Below, piece by piece: positions 61,237-64,000 of a stretch of DNA of 64,000 nt; position 1 is the first letter of the stretch, and every line of letters begins with the position of its first letter. Source of the stretch: a virus. Position numbers and translations under genes: made by a program. The notes under the pieces were generated by a model. That model had not been told where the DNA came from and did not search any database. It worked only from the letters and a program-made list of their open reading frames with translations. The stretch covers positions 1 to 64,000 of IMG/VR virus record IMGVR_UViG_3300027708_000026. The stretch is one strand, 5' to 3'.

Positions 61237-62241
61237 ATGTCAGCAAAATTTGAACAATTATTAGATCACCTTGTCAATGAAAACATGGATCAAGCTAATG
61301 AGCTTTTCCATGAAATCGTTGTTGAGATGTCTAGAGGAATTTACGAGCAACTCATCGCCGAAGAAGAAGATGAGTCCAGAGAAATGGATGAAGCTGAAGA
61401 CGACGCAGACGAATCCGTTGATGAAGAAATGGACGAGTCTATGGATGATGACGAACAAAATGAGTCCATGGAAACTGAAGAGTCATACAGCATGGAAGGT
61501 GACGACGAAGAAGGCGAGCACGGATTTGCCAAAGGTGATTCCGGTGACGAATTTGGCGCCAGCGTTACTGGTGGCGACGATGACGAAATGGATCATGAGA
61601 AATCAGAAGACGATGCAATTTTCGACTTCAAAGCAGCATTTGAAAAACTAGAAGCAGCATTTGCTGAACTAGAAGCAGCTCAAGGCGGCGAAGAAGCCGA
61701 CATGGGTATGGGTCCAGACATGGGCGATGACAAAGAAGGTGAAGACGAAATGATGGGTCAACCAGCATTTGAAGGTCGTCGCATGACACGTGAATACGTT
61801 GAGAAAGTTGGAAACGACTGGGAAAAGAACAGCCAAAAAACACAAGGTCAAATCGTTGGTGCTAACACCGGTGAAAGCATGCCACACGCTGAGAATGCGC
61901 GAAGTGTTGTAAGCTCTGGTAAAGGTAAGCCTGCTACAGGCGCTACTGCTGAAAACATCCTACGTGGTGGTGATGAAGGCGGTACTCCAACAGGTACAAG
62001 CCCAGCTGGTAAAGCAGGCGGTTTCCTAAGTGCAGCTAAAGGTATGAACACAGGCAACGGTAATGTTCCTGGCGGTAAGATGGGCGTTAAGAACCTATCC
62101 AATGTCAAGGGCGGACACGGTGCTGAGAAGAAAGGTTCTGGTCCAGGTCCAGTAGGTGCTGGTACAGGTGACAAAGCTGGTCAAACTAGCGATGCCAACG
62201 GTACTAAGAAGCAATTCCTACCACCACATACCCGTCCTTAA
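61237..62241 (+). CDS. Acidic prohead core/scaffold-like protein
   Basis: AGGAGA RBS before the ATG at 61237; D/E-rich N-half and G/K-rich C-half; lies before the protease. Confidence 0.65.
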   Translation: MSAKFEQLLDHLVNENMDQANELFHEIVVEMSRGIYEQLIAEEEDESREMDEAEDDADESVDEEMDESMDDDEQNESMETEESYSMEGDDEEGEHGFAKGDSGDEFGASVTGGDDDEMDHEKSEDDAIFDFKAAFEKLEAAFAELEAAQGGEEADMGMGPDMGDDKEGEDEMMGQPAFEGRRMTREYVEKVGNDWEKNSQKTQGQIVGANTGESMPHAENARSVVSSGKGKPATGATAENILRGGDEGGTPTGTSPAGKAGGFLSAAKGMNTGNGNVPGGKMGVKNLSNVKGGHGAEKKGSGPGPVGAGTGDKAGQTSDANGTKKQFLPPHTRP

Positions 62242-62254
62242 TTAGAGCATTGAG

Positions 62255-62884
62255 ATGAAGCTAGCTTATCTAAGAGAACACCTAAGTTTTGATCAATCCG
62301 GCATCGTAATGGAGTCGGATGACAAAGATGGTAAAAGCCTTTACCTAAAGGGCATTGCCATCCAGGGTGGTATCCGAAATGCTAATCAGCGTGTCTACCC
62401 CGTAGATGAAATTGAACGTGCTGTAAAAGCACTTAATGATCAAATACAAAATGGATATTCAGTATTAGGTGAAGTAGATCATCCAGATGATTTAAAAGTG
62501 AATTTGGACCGTGTATCCCATATGATAACTCAAATGTGGATGGAAGGTCCTAATGGTTATGGCAAGATGAAAATTTTGCCAACACCAATGGGCAACTTAG
62601 TTCGTACTATGCTTGAAAGTGGAGTAAAACTTGGCGTCAGTTCTCGTGGTAGCGGCAACGTAAGCGACATGAACGGCCATGTATCCGATTTTGAGATTAT
62701 CACAGTAGACGTAGTTGCACAGCCCAGTGCTCCTGGAGCGTATCCTACACCAGTTTATGAACATTTAATGAATGCTCGTGGCGGGAATAAGGCGTTTAAG
62801 GTTGCACAAGAAGTGAAAGAAGATCCAAAGGCCCAGAAATATTTGAAGGAATCACTTCTTCAAATTATTAAAGGTCTAAAATAA
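62255..62884 (+). CDS. gp21: Prohead protease gp21
   Basis: NANQRVYP, LGEVDHP, RVSH, TPMG, LGVSSRGSG, DVVAQPSAP. Confidence 0.95.
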   Translation: MKLAYLREHLSFDQSGIVMESDDKDGKSLYLKGIAIQGGIRNANQRVYPVDEIERAVKALNDQIQNGYSVLGEVDHPDDLKVNLDRVSHMITQMWMEGPNGYGKMKILPTPMGNLVRTMLESGVKLGVSSRGSGNVSDMNGHVSDFEIITVDVVAQPSAPGAYPTPVYEHLMNARGGNKAFKVAQEVKEDPKAQKYLKESLLQIIKGLK

Positions 62885-62901
62885 GCCCGAGGAGAAAAAC
62901 A

Positions 62902-63996
62902 ATGTTGGACGCATTCAAACAATTAGTAGAGTCAGGAGTGATGACCGAAGACGTAAAGTCTGTCATCGAATCTGCCTTTGCTGAGAAAATTCAAGAGAAT
63001 CGCGAACAAGTAACAGCTGAACTACGTGAAGAGTTTGCACAAAAATACAGCCATGACAAAACTGTCATGGTTGAAGCAATCGATAAACTGTTAAGCGAGC
63101 GCTTGAACGCAGAGATGGTTAGTTTGTATGAGGACAAAAAGACACTGGCTGAGGCAAAAGTAGCATACCAAACCCGTATTGCTGAAGATGCTAAAAAGCT
63201 AGAAGGTTTTGTTATCAAACAATTAGCAAGAGAAATGTCAGAGTTCCAAGGTGACCGTAAGAAAGTTTCCGAGAACTTCAACAAGCTAGAGCAATTTATT
63301 GTTCATGCATTGGCAAGAGAAATTAGTGAATTTAACATAGACAAGCGTGATCTAGCTGAGACGAAAGTCAAACTAGTCCGTGAAGCTAAGGATAAATTTG
63401 CTGAGATTAAGCAACGTTTCATCGAACAATCTTCAAAGATTGTAGAAGCAACTGTTACGAAAAAGTTAACATCTGAAATCAAGCAATTGAAAGAAGATAT
63501 TGACTCCGCACGTAGCAATGACTTTGGTCGTAAGATCTATGAAGCATTTGCACAAGAGTTTGCCGGTTCTTACTTAAATGAAAAATCTGAGACAAGTAAA
63601 TTGTTAAAGATCATTTCCAAGAAAGATCAAGAATTGGCAGAAGCAAAAACTGTCGTAACAGAAAAAGCACGTTTAATCGAATCTGCGCAACGCGAAATCC
63701 GCATTACAAAAGATTTGATGGAGCGTAAACAAGTTATGACAGAATTACTAGCACCGTTGGATGCTAGCAAACGAGGCATCATGAAAGAACTTTTAGAGTC
63801 TACACACACTAAAAAACTTAATGAAGCATTCGACAAATACCTACCAGCGGTAATGGAAGGACAAGTACGCAAGACTACTGATAAAAAAGTAGTATTGAGT
63901 GAGAGTTCTGAAGTAACTGGAAATCGTGAAAGCAAGCCTGAAGCAGGCTTAGACAATATTTTAGATATCCGCAAGTTAGCGGGTCTATCGAAATAA
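62902..63996 (+). CDS. gp22: Prohead scaffold gp22-like
   Basis: Coiled-coil, E/K-rich; follows gp21; GGAG RBS. Confidence 0.8.
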   Translation: MLDAFKQLVESGVMTEDVKSVIESAFAEKIQENREQVTAELREEFAQKYSHDKTVMVEAIDKLLSERLNAEMVSLYEDKKTLAEAKVAYQTRIAEDAKKLEGFVIKQLAREMSEFQGDRKKVSENFNKLEQFIVHALAREISEFNIDKRDLAETKVKLVREAKDKFAEIKQRFIEQSSKIVEATVTKKLTSEIKQLKEDIDSARSNDFGRKIYEAFAQEFAGSYLNEKSETSKLLKIISKKDQELAEAKTVVTEKARLIESAQREIRITKDLMERKQVMTELLAPLDASKRGIMKELLESTHTKKLNEAFDKYLPAVMEGQVRKTTDKKVVLSESSEVTGNRESKPEAGLDNILDIRKLAGLSK

Positions 63997-64000
63997 TTAA

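Noticed and set aside
1-64000. Stop-codon reassignment, introns or inteins
   Set aside because: Core genes (thyA, gp46, gp47, gp20, gp21) are full length in the standard code; all three stops end genes; no intein motifs noticed.

Overview
A 64-kb piece of a large, AT-rich, T4-like myophage genome (standard genetic code; no tRNAs or CRISPR arrays seen). (i) 1-17.7 kb, + strand, nucleotide-metabolism and early genes: end of a sliding-clamp-like gene; a ~10-kb putative 7-deazaguanine DNA-modification island (TGT/DpdA-like transglycosylase, phosphoribosyltransferase, HAD, two oxidoreductases, apparent cluster-less QueE paralog, QueD-fold LxxxHRHxF protein, GT-B glycosyltransferase, 2OG-Fe(II) oxygenase, cupin, HIT, QueE, methyltransferase); then RNase H, a MoxR-VWA pair and thymidylate synthase. 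(ii) 17.7-49.1 kb, - strand, baseplate and tail-fibre cassette (gp48/54-like, gp53, hub, gp5-like spike, gp25, gp6, a 4271-aa gp7-like protein, a collagen-like fibre, four paralogous fibres). (iii) 49.2-53.9 kb: gp55-like late sigma, gp47/gp46, Hc1-like protein and a minimal GIY-YIG nuclease. (iv) A ~440-nt, densely base-paired intergenic element (candidate large ncRNA) directly after the GIY-YIG gene. (v) Late genes: gp26/gp51-like pair joined by a candidate -1 frameshift, tape measure, portal, prohead core, protease and scaffold. Best leads: the GIY-YIG + structured RNA locus, the deazaguanine/sugar hypermodification island and the U_UUU_UUC frameshift. All calls come from motif recognition by eye; no database search was run.
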